Shown: positions 48,569 to 62,067, counted from the first letter of the stretch. The stretch is DNA of 64,000 bases from Lama guanicoe (GCA_013239625.1 MU053758.1:682001-746000); one strand, 5' to 3'. Program-made: numbers and translations. The notes: generated by a model from the letters alone, not told the origin.

Positions 48569-48617
48569 ATGCAGGCCGCCGCCGCCCTCCCCGAGGAGAT
48601 CCGTTGGCTCCTGGAAG
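48569..48617 (+). CDS. SKAP1: SKAP1 (Src kinase-associated phosphoprotein 1 / SKAP55) first coding exon, partial CDS; intron 1 runs from 48618 past the end of the window
   Basis: ATG CAG GCC GCC GCC GCC CTC CCC GAG GAG ATC CGT TGG CTC CTG GAA G|gtaacg translates to MQAAAALPEEIRWLLE plus a phase-1 G. This matches the SKAP1 N-terminus as I recall it (MQAAALPEEIRWLLED). Canonical donor, inside a CpG island. No exon-2-like peptide (AEEFLAEGL...) seen downstream. Confidence 0.95.
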
Positions 48618-51129
48618 GTAACGCTCCGCCGGCCCGGGCGCCGCCGACCCCACCGGGAGTCGCACGTGCCGAGCCGGCAGCAGCCGAGACGCCAGCGGCT
48701 CCCAAGGCCGGCCTTCCCCGTCAGCTCCCTCGCCCGCCACCTTCTAGAACCCTGAGGCTGCCGGAGCCCTGACTCTGGAGAGCCAGCGGTTCATCCTCCG
48801 GCTCAGGGTCCCTCTCACTCTCCTCATTTCCCACGTTTTCTTTTTCCTCAGGGCGCCTTCACTTCCCACTTAACCTCCAGGCTTCTGAGCAAGTTCGGGC
48901 CAGGTTCTTGGTCGCCTGGCCTCCGTGCTGGCCTTCACCCTGTGCCTGTCTCCTCGAGACGCCTCGCGTCCGTGGGTTTCGCGCCCGTCCCTCCCCAGCC
49001 CAGGCTCCGTCTGTCCCGCTCACGAGGGGACCTGGACCTTCCTGCTTAGCCATCCCGGACCTCGAGGGGCAGTGAGGGCTCCCGGGCTCCCGCCAGCCAA
49101 GGTCTGGGCGTGGACTCAGCACCCAGACCCCAGGCCCCCTTCACCCGCCTGCGGACTCACCGGGACCACTCGTGTACCCGGGGCCGGCTGATCCCAGTAT
49201 TACATCCCTTCCCTTTCCAGAAGCGCCCCACTGCTGTGTGTTCACCCTCAAACTGTAGTGCCCTCGCAGTCCTTGTAAGAGTTAAAGCCGTACTCACCAA
49301 CACTCAACACTCTCTGCTGTAACACTCGAGAGACACGTTTTGCTAATGGGCAGTGTCATCTGCTCCACTCACACTTTTTCTGCTGAGAGTAACTTGCTTT
49401 TCCTGTAACTGACCTTTCTGGAAGGATGGGGACCTGGAATCTGTGCTTGCATAAGGGTCCCAAGAGGAAACTGCTCAGAATTAAGCCTTTTGGCATCCAT
49501 GTGACAGTTTTGACACATATTTAACAGATGGCCTGCTTTGGGCAGGTCATATTTTTGGCAAGCAGTAATTTTTTTTTCCAGTTTCTCTCAATTTAATTGG
49601 TTTTATATCTCCATTACCTTGTTATCGTGGTATAAATGCTTCATAATCAAATATTTGGCAAGTCCATTTGGTCTCTGTTTGTAGGACTGTTTCCATTCTG
49701 GGTTGCTTCTATGTAAAAGCTGTCAACTAGGTATTTCTTCTGAGGTGAAGTTTCCAAAACCCATTTTACATATGACCTGAGTGAATCTAAACTTTCAGAA
49801 TAGAAAAGTATTTGCAGGGTAAAAGAGCATCATCTGGGTTTCTAAGAAGCAGCAACCCAGCCTTTCCCCTCTGCTGTTGGTTCAATAATTTGAAGTGTAA
49901 AGAGAGGCTCTAAGTGGTTTCTAGGAGAAAAGGAACTGTGGCAAAAAGTTTCATTTTCCCCTTGCAGTTAAAGGTATAAACTGATTCCTTTTATTGGTAT
50001 CTGTCATTTGTTGAGAGGAAACCTATTTTACAAATTCGTTAAACTGTATTTCCGTTTTGTGTGTAGCCTTGGTAGAAAGTTCCTTTTCATTTTCAGAGGC
50101 TTGCAATGAAATCCACTTCTTCAGCATTTTTGATGTGCAGTTCTTTATTGTTTAAAACTGACACTTTGGTAAACAACTCATTTCTGCACCTGCCACCTTC
50201 CTTTAGCTTAGATTATTTTCTTGTTAGCTGACTCTTTTTAATTGAAGTCTTCAGATCTCCTCCTAAAGCAGAACCTTTGTTTGCTGACAAGTAGAGCAGG
50301 GTATGAATGGAGATTAATTGCATGTCACATACTTCTGTATCAAACTTGCTGTGTCTTAACAATCTCTGTTCGTTGGTGCTCAGGTCTTTAGAATGTACAG
50401 AGGAGTCTGAGATTACATTTTAAGGAGCTTCATTGGTTAATGTATTTCTTTAAGGCTTTTTTTTTTAAGTTTACAATTAGAGTCTGCATCTGAAGTAGAG
50501 AAAAAATTGTGAAAGTGGGATTCAACTAATAATTCTATTGAAAAATGTTAGAAGAATGTGCTTTTGAAAGGTTCATGTAATCATAGCAACATATTGGTTG
50601 TAGGTTTTGTTTATTATGGAACACATTCTCTGGTGTAGACCAGCAGAATTATTCATTGTACTACAAATAATTTGTAGATATTAGAAACCCATAATGACTA
50701 TCAATTTATCATCTGTTGCTGTTTGTCTCCCCCCTACACACACACTTTTTAAGGGTAACTGTTGACAATGAGAAAATATATAGGTCTTGATCTCTATATC
50801 GTCAAGCAGTGGAGGGAGTCACAGGGTGAGAGATCTGCCACTTTAGTGCTGCCACAGGCCGTGGGGGTGGAGTTTCCACAATGAATTACTACTTTCATAA
50901 ACCAAGGCATAAACATTTGCACAGTGATTTAACGCTGGCCATCACAGCCATAACTTAAGCATTTATTTATTTATAACTACGTGAGCTTAAATGACAGGGG
51001 CGTTTTTTGACATAATGTGTGTGCTTTAAAAAATAAAATATGCAAAGCTCTGTGAAAAGCTTATACCAAATTTTGCATAATGAAGAAGGGAGCAGACATT
51101 CTGAAGGTCTAAAATTAATTTTGTTTAAG

Positions 51130-51625
51130 GATAAAATTTTAAACATTTGAAAATGTTTCATTTGACCAAGAAATTCCACTTCTAGGAAACTGTGTTACTG
51201 AAATTAGAAGACATGAGATATATATACAAAGATCCGTGCTAAATGTCCATGAGTTGGGAAAAGTGGGGCAGTGGTATGAGTAAATTATCCATCTTATGGA
51301 ATATTTTGCAGCCATTAAAAAAGTTGTGGTGGATCTGTATATATTGGCTTGAAAAGTGTCCATAGCGTATTTTTAAGGCTGAAAAGCAAGGTGCACAATA
51401 GTATATATAATATCCTGTTTTTGTTTGAAAACAATAACAAAATCCTCCAAAAACCTATATGTTTGTGTAAGCCTCGGAAAGAGTAAGAAAGAATATACTC
51501 TAAGCTCTTAAAACTGGTTTCCTTGGAGGGGAGTGAAAGGGTGGGAGAGAGATTATTAATTTTATTTCATGTATCTTTGTGTTGTTCAAGCTGTGATGAT
51601 GACCATGTATTACTTTTGTAATCAG
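51130..51625 (+). mobile_element. Ancient L1ME-type 3' fragment
   Basis: tttgaccaagaaattccacttctaggaa, atggaatattttgcagccattaaaaa, catgtattacttttgtaatcagga. Confidence 0.75.
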
Positions 51626-53011
51626 GAAAAGGCAACCAGTGAGATTGTTTAAAAGGAAAAGGAACAAAAGACAAATAAATGCTTGGAGAGGTCAGAGTTT
51701 GAAAGGGCCATGAATTTAGGGTTGTGATTATGTTTTTCTCCTGTTAGCCCTGGTGATGTGTGGAAGGTGAGGATTTTTTTTTTTTTAAACGCTTTCTTGG
51801 ATTTGGGGCAAATGTTAAGGCAGTGACAGGTTTCTAGAGTAACTCAGGAAACAGCTTCCTCAGATAGACTCTGTCAAGCTCTCATATAGAAATAGTAACT
51901 AGTCCATATCAGCCGATAAATACCTTATAGATAAGTAAAATGAAGGGCATTTACCGCCTTATTGAAAGAGGAGGAAATATTCAGGGTCTGTTTTCAAATA
52001 ATCAGGCTTCAGTTGTGGAAGTTATCTTTTTGGTTTTGTTTTGTGATAATGACTCTGAAAACAAAAACAATGGAGTGCTGGCAGTTTGCATAATCTGTGT
52101 TTCACAGATACAAACATAATCAGTTTCTTCCTTGTCTTTTTAGCCCCACTTTTGAAGTCAGAAGCACATGAGGCAAGTGTGAAGGAAGCAGGCTAAATAT
52201 TTCTTCAGTTCACAATGTGTCCTGTGTGTTGGAATGGGGTACTAACTTTACTCTAATAGCTAATGGGTCCCAACTATCTACAAGGGACCTAAATCCTGCA
52301 CAGAATATGGATTAAAGCCAAAATAACATCCACAATTTAGCTGCGTTTAGTAGCAATTGCTGCATTAACACTGATTCTGATATGCCTATGCTTACTTATT
52401 TTTAAACTTCCTTGGAAAGCAGCAGTCATTAATCATTTCCTTCTAGATTGTCTTCCAGATTTGTATTGGTCGATGTAGCCAACCATAAAATCCTTTTCAA
52501 TATAGTAAAACTCCAACTCTGTGGAACTTGTAGGCGTGAGTTGCTCTGGGTAGCTGAGGATACTCCCTTTAAGCATTCTAACTTTTTATTATAAACATTT
52601 GTGACCTTTTTCTTTTTTTTCTCAAATGCATTAGGAACTTTTCACCCTTCCTCAACCAACCGGTCTTTGTTCAAAGGGACCTCACTTGAACACTTTAACT
52701 AAGAGTTGTTATAGTGAGTATCAGTTATCATACTTTAAGGAAATACATTGAGTTGTTTATGGATGTGTCTGCCATAACTTCCCCTGGACTGATTTGTGAA
52801 TGTTTATGTCTGCTTTATATTTTAGTTTTTGTCTTTTTTCCCCCTACTGTTAGGCCAGGCCTGTGACTTTGCCCTGATTTCAGTATATTTGTACTCCCAG
52901 TGCTATTGGGACATCAGATAAACAAGTTTGTTGGAATTAAGATGCATAAAAGAAAGTATGAAGGGCTCTTGTGATAAACATAGTACCCAAACCTTTAGGC
53001 CTTTACTTTGT

Positions 53012-54639
53012 TTTTTGTTTTTTGTTTTTTTTAACATTTTTTATTGATTTATAATCATTTTACAATAGTGTGTCAAATTCCAGTGTTCAGCACAATTTTT
53101 CAGTCATCCATGGACATATACACACTCATTGTCACATTTTTTTCTCTGTGAGTTATCATGACGTTTTGTGTATATTTCCCTGTGATATACAGTGTAATCT
53201 TGTTTATCTATTCTACAATTTTGAAATCCCAGTCTATCCCTTCCCACCCTCCACCCCCCCTGGTAACCACAAGTCTGTATTCTCTGTCTGTGAGTCTATT
53301 TCTGTCCTGTATTTACACTTTGTTTTTGTTTGTTTGTTTGTTTTTGTTTTTTAGATTCCACATATGAGCGATCTCATATGGTATTTTTCTTTCTCTTTCT
53401 GGCTTACTTCACTTAGAATGACATTCTCCAGGAGCATCCATGTTGCTGCAAATGGCATTATGTTGTCGGTTTTTATGGCTGAGTAGTATTCCATTGTATA
53501 AATATACCACCTCTTCTTTATCCAGTCACCTGTTGTTGGACATTTAGGCTGTTTCCATGTTTTGGCTATTGTAAATAGTGCTGCTATGAACGTTGGGGTG
53601 CAGGTGTCATCCTGCAGTAGATTTCCTTCTGGATACAAGCCCAGGAGTGGGATTCCTGGGTCATATGGTAAGTCTATTCCTAGTCTTTTGAGGAATCTCC
53701 ACACTGTTTTCCATAGTGGCTGCACCAAACTGCGTTCCCACCAGCAGTGTAGGAGGGTTCCCCTTTCTCCACAGCCTCTCCAGCATTTGTCATTTGTGGA
53801 TTTTTGAATGACGGCCATTCTGACTGGTGTGAGGTGATACCTCATTGTAGTTTTGATTTGCATTTCTCTGATAATTAGTGATATTGAGCATTTTTTCATG
53901 TGCTTTTTGATCATTTGTATGTCTTCCTTGGAGAATTGCTTGTTTAGGTCTTCTGCCCATTTTTGGATTGGGTTGTTTATTTTTTTCTTATTGAGTCGTA
54001 TGAGCTGCTTATATATTTTGGAGATCAAGCCTTTGTCGGTTTCACTTGCAAAAATTTTCTCCCATTCCGTAGGTTTTCTTCTTGTTTTATTTCTGGTTTC
54101 CTTTGCTCTGCAGAAGCTTGTAAGTTTCATTAGGTCCCATTTGTTTATTCTTGCTTTTATTTCTTCTAGGAGAAAATTTTTGAAATGTATGTCAGATAAT
54201 GTTTTGCCTATGTTTTCCTCTAGGAGGTTTATTGTATCTTGTCTTATGTTTAAGTCTTTAATCCATTTTGAGTTGATTTTTGTATATGGTGTAAGGGTGT
54301 GTTCTAGCTTCATTGTTTTACATGCTGCTGTCCAGTTTTCCCAACACCATTTGCTGAAGAGACTGTCTTTATTCCATTGTATATTCTTGCCTCCTTTGTC
54401 GAAGATGAGTTGACCAAAAGTTTGTGGGTTCATTTCTGGGCTCTCTATTCTGTTCCATTGGTCTATATGTCTGTTTTGGTACCAATACCATGCTGTCTTG
54501 ATGACTGTAGCTCTATAGTATTGTCTGAAGTCTGGGAGAGTTATTCCTCCAGCCTCTTTCTTTCTCTTCAGTAATGCTTTAGCAATTCTAGGTCTTTGAT
54601 GGTTCCATATAAATTTTATTATGATTTGTTCTAGTTCTG
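53012..54639 (-). mobile_element. Young 5'-truncated LINE-1 (ORF2 C-terminus, 3' UTR and A-rich tail), antisense in SKAP1 intron 1
   Basis: ORF track 53351..54433 is an L1 ORF2 C-terminus ([21 protein letters not shown]). Perfect 16-bp TSD taggcctttactttgt at 52996-53011 and 54640-54655; T-rich tail at 53012-53032. Confidence 0.97.
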
Positions 54640-54640
54640 T
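53351..54640 (-). pseudogene. L1 ORF2 fragment, open over its whole retained length (~430 codons), lacking the endonuclease and RT core
   Basis: Manual translation upstream of 54433 gives [69 protein letters not shown] with no stop, continuous with the listed 360-aa ORF. Confidence 0.92.
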
Positions 54641-55384
54641 AGGCCTTTACTTTGTGACATATACTTTGTGACATGCACTGTGGCTGCTCAGAATCTTTTT
54701 TGCTTGATGTTTGATGCTGGGTTACCTGTTAGATAGGTGAGGTTACTGTTCAGTTGAATTCTGGAAGAACTATGACTATACTTCTATTTCTTTTTTTTTT
54801 GTCAAAATTTTTATTATAAAAGCAATAATGCTCATTGTAGAAAATTTGGAAAACACAACAGTTGTCAAATTTCTATGTATTTCTTTCAGTTATTATTATT
54901 TGTACATACTTTAAAAGTTGGGGCATATTGTATATATAGTTTTGTATACTTATTTTTCCACTTACAGTCTTGAGTTATGGTGTTGCTATGGTCTCCTGAG
55001 CATTTTCTTAGATCACTAAGTTTCTTTTTTCTTTTGGGTGTCTTTAAGTTATACGTCCTGGTTTTATTCCACTGGTATTTTTACCCTTATAGCTTAAAAA
55101 GAAAAAAGTCCCTTTGATTAGCAACATTGAGACTGAGACACTGTCTTCTGGCTCTTTCCTCCAGTGTGAAAAGTGAAATTGCTGATATAATCTGAGATTT
55201 TTAGACTCAGACAATTATTAATGTTTTAATTATGTATATTAGATTATAAGAATTATTTTTTGATATTTGCATACTACTTTAAAACCATAGCTATAATAAT
55301 AATTTTCCTTTTTAACTTGTTTATTGCTTACTTTTTGTACCATGACTTTTTTATTCTTGAACTCTTTATCTCTTAAATATTTAG

Positions 55385-55530
55385 ACTGTGCTAAAACAGT
55401 AGCCACTAGCCACATGTGGCTATTTAAATTTAAATTCACTAAAATTAGATAAAATGAAAAAAACCAGTTCCTCAGTTGCACTATATTTCAGCTGCTCAGT
55501 AGCCACAGTGGCTACTGTAGGGAACAGTGC
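55385..55530. mobile_element. MER33/MER3-like hAT MITE
   Basis: gtagccactagccacatgtggctatttaaatttaaatt...cagttcctcagttgcacta. Confidence 0.8.
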
Positions 55531-57186
55531 ATAAAGCCCTAATAGATGATGTTCGAGAATATAATGCTGAATTTCTGATACTACACTTACTGAGCCCTTA
55601 CAAGTTTGAGTATGTGTCTGTCTAGTTTCATATAAACTTAGCTGTGGCCATGAGGTTCGAGGGTCATACTCTTCCCCTTCCTTCCCCTTCCTCCCAACTC
55701 AACCTGTAGAAGTTCTACCATTATCTTCTGGTCTTCAATTTTGTGGAGGAGAAGTCTGATGCCAGCCAGATATGTATATTTTTTATAACCCATTCCTCCT
55801 ATTGCCTGCCTGCATGTTCATAGGATATTTTTCTTTGCTCTCAAAAATGTCACTGGATAATTTTAAGGTTTTAGACTTTTTAATAATTTTGCCTGGTATA
55901 TAGTGAACTCTTTTGATTATAAGCTCAGATCTTTAACTTGGGAACATTTTTTTCTATTGTCATTGCTTCTACTCCATCTGTTTTATTCTGTCATATTGAG
56001 GTTTATGTTATAAATATTGGGCTCCTGATCTACTCCCTGTGTTTCATCTCTTTTATTGTCTCATCTGTCACTGACTTCATTATGGTTTTAAATTCAGCAT
56101 TTATTTATTTTTTAAAAACTTCCATGTATTTCCTCATCACTCATTGTTTTATTTTTCATTACATCTGTAAATCTGGGCTTATAGACATAATGCCTTTTTG
56201 AATATTGAAAATATGATTAGAAATTTTCTAAACATATCTATTCTTTAATAATAAATCTACTTCAGAAAGAGATTTTTTTTTAGTTCTTCAAGAAAAAAAT
56301 TTTTTTGAACTTTAATGTTTTCTTATAGACCCTGTATATTTTCTTTGTGTTAAGTTTACTTAAAATCAAATCCTGACTCTGCCGCTTTCTTACTACCTGT
56401 TCGACTTTGGGTCTTAGTTTTCTCAGCTATAAAATAGCGATAATTATAGTAGCCATCTCATAGAATTTATGTGAAGAATAAAGGGATGACTATTTGAAAA
56501 GAACTTAGAATAATATCTGGAATGTATTACACACCATCTGTTTGGTAAATAAAATTAAAAAAAATTTTTTTCTTTGAGAAAGTCCTGTTGGTCTCTCTTT
56601 GCAGTTGCCTGGCCCCAGGAAAACACCTAGACATGGCCTTTTTCTTGGGTTGGTGGTTCATCCTTGCTACTCTAAATTAGGGGAGGTTTGTATGGTTTCT
56701 TTTAGGATCTTCTCCGTTTTCTTCTTTCTTTAGTTCAGAGGCCAGTGGTCATGTCTATGAAAAACTTCATGGAGGAAGGAGAGAGGAAGTTAGCGTCACT
56801 AACTTCACTAACTTAGGAAAGACACGCGTTCCTTACCTTGTTACAGAATGCTTTGTATTTGTGTGTGCTTGTGTAAAATAGTATTTTTGCATTACTTCTC
56901 AGTTGAAAACAAAAAGTAAATGCTTAATTTCCCCCTTTTCTCTTTCTGTTTCAACAAACAGAATTTTTTTTTTAATTGGTAGATATATTTTAGTTTCATT
57001 GTGGTTATAGCCTAGATGTTAGATGGGCTGCCCAGACCTTTTGAACTCTAGGCAAGATCTACTCCCCACATTTGGAAGTTCAAACATCTCCTCAAGATCT
57101 GGGTAATTCTCAAGGGCCATGCATTTGGAGGGTCACCTTTCCTTCAGGGTCTCCTGCTTCCATGCATGCTGTCTGTAAGCCTAAAC

Positions 57187-57400
57187 TAGTGATTCCCAAA
57201 TGGGGTAATTTTGTCCTTCAGGGAACATTTGGCAACACTTGGAGACATTTTCTTTTGTCACAACAGGGAGGGTGTTATTGGCACCTAGTAGGTAGAAGCC
57301 AGGGATGAGCCTCAGTTTCCTACAATGCATAGGACAGCCCCTGCAAAAAGAATTATCCAGCCCAAAATGTTGGTAGTGTCACAGTTCAGAAAACATATTC
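57187..57400 (+). mobile_element. MER20 (hAT-Charlie MITE)
   Basis: catttggcaacacttggagacatttt...gtcacaac...tacaatgcataggacagcccc...gaattatccagcccaaaatg. Confidence 0.88.
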
Positions 57401-58649
57401 TTGTCTTCAAGTTCTACAAAAGCCTACCTACATGTAGCCCCTGTGAATGTAGACGACATCACTGGAGATTCAGGGGGTGCAGGGAGAGGGAGGAGGGGTT
57501 TCCATTTCAGTAATGCAAACGATTTCAAATTGAGTATTAGGCATTTCTATTCCTAAACTCCCTTTTGCCACTCCAGTCATCAGACGGTGCCCTCTGGCCT
57601 TTCACCTAATGTAGTTCCCAGCCTTATGCCTTCTCAGTGGCTCCTTCTCCCTTTATCCTATTTGGAGCAAAACAAAACCAAAAAAAAATTTTTTCCTTTG
57701 TTACATGGAAAGGCAGTTTAGCTGTCTGTTTAGTGATTTAGGTTCCCACCAACACCCACACACAGAGAAGTAAGTTACTTTCCCAAACAGTGTAGTTCTC
57801 TTCCTAAGAGGAATTCTGGTGCCAGCTATTAAGATTATAATATTTTTACCTCATTACGTAAGTGTAATACTTAAATAATTTTTAATCATTTTAAATATAG
57901 GAAAAGTAAGTTCAAGTTTTACCATCATCTGAGAATCTTAACATATTGACATACCTATCATAGATCTAATTTTTTCACGTTATAAACCATTACACCGTAC
58001 AGAAATCCTATAATTTCTGCTACATTTATTCATATTTATTTCCCCTGTGTTTCCAAGTTCATTGCTTGCTTTTCCAGTTTGTCAGTGCTGCATTATAGGT
58101 TAGGTGATTATAACAGATGGCTTTTCAGGTTTGGAGTCTTTGAGTTCCACTGCTTAATTTTACTATCTAGCTTTTACATGGAAGATAGGACAGATGTGGG
58201 CTCAGAAACAGAGTGGTCCTAGCATCCAGAGAGCAAGCTTTCCTGAAGGCTTATGGCTTTGATAAAATCATTTATGAATTACTTAAATTCTCATCTAGGG
58301 TCTCCTCCTAACATTGTTGACATTCTAATATTAGTTATATATTATAGGGAAATAAAATTTGTATTCACTTAATAGGAGCTTTACTAAAATGTATCCAATG
58401 GCACATATTGATACATACTTAAACCAATATTGTAGTTGAGTTGGAATTAAGTAAGGTACTGTATATTATATATCAAGTATGAGAAGTATGCTGTGATACT
58501 TAGATAGCTACAGAAAATATCTCTTAACTGTGCTATAATAAACATCCTTAAAAATCATTCTACCTCTAAAATAAAATTTCCTTTTTGATAACGCTGTGAG
58601 CCTCTTCATCCACTGATCCCTTCCTCCCCTCCTTTCTTTCTTCCTTCCT

Positions 58650-59280
58650 AGTACTTTATTAAGGTATGATTTACATGCATAAATGCACTAATCTTAAGTG
58701 TTACAACTGGATGACTTCAATATATTTATATACCTGTGTGACTACAACCCAGAACAAGACATAAACATTTCTATCTCCCTAAAAAAGTTTCCTTTCCAGT
58801 TCTGGAACTTCATAAATCAGTATGATCTCTTTTGTGTCTCCTCAACATGCTGTTTTTGAGATTTATGCATGTTGTTCTGTGTATCAGTTTTATTTTATCC
58901 TTTTGCTAAGTACTATTCCATTATGTGAATATTCCACAGTTTGTTTATCCATTCTTCTGATGAACATTGAGTTGTTCAGTTTTGGTTTATTAGGAATATA
59001 CCTGCTAATGAGCATTCTTGTGTAACTTGTTTTGTGAACATAAACACTCATTTCTCCTGGATAAATATCTAGAAGTAGAATTGCTAGGTCATAGGGTATG
59101 AATATATTTAATTTTATTAGAAACTCCAGTTTCCCAAAGTGATTGTACCTATTTTACACTCCCACCAACTATATGAGAATTCCAATTGCCCTATATCCTC
59201 ACCAACACTCGATATTGTGGTCTTTTTATTTTTAGACATTTTGGTAAGTATATTTTTATTGTAGAATATTTGCACAACAT
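58650..59280 (-). mobile_element. Ancient L1M (L1MB/L1ME-like) 3' fragment; similar sequence at ~61430-61670 on the other side of the younger L1
   Basis: Motifs such as ctagaagtagaattgctaggtcatagggtatg and attttacactcccaccaac are typical of antisense L1M 3' ends. Confidence 0.75.
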
Positions 59281-59304
59281 AGAAGCATATAGACTACTTG
59301 ATTT

Positions 59305-61405
59305 AGCCACAGCAATCAGACAAGAAAAAGAAACAAAAGGTATCCCAATTGGAAAGGAAGAGGTAAAATTGTCATATATGCAGATGACATGATATTCTAT
59401 AAAAAAACTCTAGCGACTCCACACAAAAACCATTAGAACTAATAAATAAATTCAGTAAGGTAGCAGGGTATAAGATTAATATACAGAAATCTGTTTTATT
59501 TCTTTACACTAACAGTGAACTATCAGAAAGAGAAAGTAAAAAAAAAATCCCATTTAAAGTCATATCAAAAAATAAAATAAAATACCTAGGAATAAACCTA
59601 GCCAAGGAGGTGAAAGACCTATATGCTGAGAACTATAAAATATTGATAAGGGAAATTAAAGATAATTCAAAGAAATGGAAAGATAACCCATGCTCTTTGA
59701 TTGAAAAAATTAACATTATTAAAATAGCCATACTACCAGAGCAATCTACAGATTTAATGTGATCTCTATCAAATTACCTGTGACATTTTTCACAGTACTA
59801 GAACAAATAATCCTAAAACTTATTTTGAACCACAAAAGCCCAGAACTGCCAAAGCAATCCAGAGGGAAAAGAACAAAGCTGGAGGCATAACCCTCCCAGA
59901 CTTCAGACAATACTATAAAGCTACAGTAATTAGAACAGTGTGGTATTGGCACAAAAACAGACATATAGATCGATGGAAAAGCATAAAGAACCCAGAAATA
60001 AATCCACACATCTACAATTAATCTTCGACAAAGGAGGCAAAAATATACAATGGAGAAAAGACAGTCTCTTCAGCAAGTGGTGTTGGGAAAGCTGGACAGT
60101 CACATGTAAATCAGTGAAGTTAGACTACTCCCTCACACCATACACAAAAGTAAACTCAAAATGGCTTAAAGACTTAAATATAAGACGTGATACCATAAAA
60201 CTCCTAGAAGAGAACATAGGCAAAATATTCTTGGACATAAATTGTAGCAATAATTTCTTAGGTAAGTCTCCCAAGACAAAAGAAATAAGCAAAAATAAAT
60301 AAATAGGACCTAATCAAATATAAGCTTTTGCACATCAAGGGAAACCATAAACAAAAGGAAAAGACAGCCTACAGACTGGGAGAAAAATTTGCAAACGATG
60401 CAGCTGACAAGGGCTTAATTTCCAAAATATACAAACAGCTCATATAACTCAATATCAAAAAAACAACACAATTAGAAAATGGGCAGAAGACCTAAATATA
60501 TATTTCGCAAAGAAGACTTACAGATGGCCAACAGTCACATGAAAAGATGCTCAATTATTAGAGAAATGTGAATCAAAACTACAATGCTGTATCACCTTAC
60601 ACCAGTCAGAATGGCCATTATAAAAAAGTCTACAAATAATAAATGGTAAAGAGGGTGTGGAGAAAAGGGAACCCTCCTGCACTTTTAGTGGGAATGTAAA
60701 TTGGTGCAGTCACTATGGAAAATGGTACGGAGGTTCCTTAAAAACTGAAAATAGATTTACCATATGATCCAGCAAACCCACTCCTGGGTGTGTATCAGGA
60801 AAAGACAAAAAGTCTAATTTGAAAAGATAGATGCACACTAATATTCCTAGTAGCTCTATCTACAATAGCCATGACATGGAAGCAACCTAAGTTGTTATCC
60901 ATCAACAGATGAATCGATGAAGACGTGGAGTGTATATATATACACACACACATACACAATGTAATATTACTCAGCCATTAAAGAAAGAATAAAATATTGC
61001 TATTTATAGCAACATGGATGGACCTAGAGATTATCGTACTAAGTGAAATAAGTCAGACAGAGAAAGGCAAATATTACATGGTATCACTTACATGAGGAAT
61101 CTAAAAAGTAATACAAATGAGCTTATTTACAAAACAGAAGTAGACTCACAGACATAGAAAACAAACTTATGGTTACCAAAGTGTGGGGGGAGGGGTAAAT
61201 TAGGAATATGGGTTTAATAGATATGCACTACTATATATAAAACAGATAAACAAGGAGTTACTGTATAGCACAGGGAAGTATATTCAGTATCATGTGTTAA
61301 TATAGTGGTAATGTATATATATAACTGAATCACTTTGCTATATACCTGAAACTAACACAATATTGTACATTAACTGTAATTCAGTACAAAAGAAGAAGAA
61401 GTGAG
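59305..61405 (+). mobile_element. Older 5'-truncated LINE-1 (degenerate RT to C-terminal ORF2 plus 3' UTR), sense orientation in intron 1
   Basis: ORF2 remnants LATAIRQEKETKGIPIGKEEVKLS, the gcagatgacatg (ADDM) motif and [24 protein letters not shown], with frameshifts and stops. 15-bp TSD tagactacttgattt at 59290-59304 and 61406-61420. Confidence 0.95.
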
Positions 61406-62067
61406 TAGACTACTTGATTTTTTTTAACATAGCAGTGTTGGATACTTTTCCATATGAATCTATGTATATATTCATTTATATATAAATACATATATTCTTT
61501 TTAAACTGCTGCACAGTGTGTCCAAATTTATTTAACTCTTCTCCTATTGATGGATGTTTAGATTGTTTCCAAATTTTTTGTATTTCCACAGTGTTGTGGA
61601 GAACATACCTGTATGTGCATCTTTGTGGTACCTATGCAATTATTTCCTTAGGGTAGATTCTTAGGCTCTCAAATGAAGATTGCAGATGTGTTAATCCTAG
61701 ATTTGTAGTTTGGTCAGTAGTTAAATCTTAATCCAAAATACTCTCTGTGCTTTAGTTTCTGATTTTTGTTTTCTCTGTGCTGTGAGTATGTAGGTATTGT
61801 CATTTTTTTTCCCCTACGGAAGGTGGGAGAATTAAAAATATAAACACCACACATTTCTTGGGTCACGAGGCAGAAACAATCAGCAAGTTGAAGCAAACCA
61901 CAACCAGAACATGCTGACAATTTCTCTATTGTGTACTGACACCTGCCTGCAAGCCTAAACAAAGCTGGTGGGTATGATTTTAGCCTTGCCAACAAATTTT
62001 ACCTCTTAACAAAGAGCAAAAAATATATGCCTTAAGGATTACAGTTAATTGCCAGATCAAAAATTTA

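Larger units (their letters stand above)
48100..49200. promoter_or_regulatory. CpG island / SKAP1 promoter and first exon region
   Basis: Very GC- and CpG-rich. GC boxes at ~48355-48378, E-box CAGGTG 48425-48430, ETS-like CTTCCTG 48467-48473; no obvious TATA box. Confidence 0.9.

Noticed and set aside
47836..48772. Several 150-210 aa ORFs on both strands around the SKAP1 promoter
   Set aside because: Stop-poor CpG-island artefacts, most spanning the N gap. Only the 49-nt SKAP1 exon has recognisable homology and a donor site.
53562..54574. Plus-strand ORFs of 65-186 aa
   Set aside because: Antisense shadows of L1 ORF2.
59186..60302. ORFs with L1 ORF2 peptides
   Set aside because: Frameshifted fragments of a dead L1, not an independent gene.
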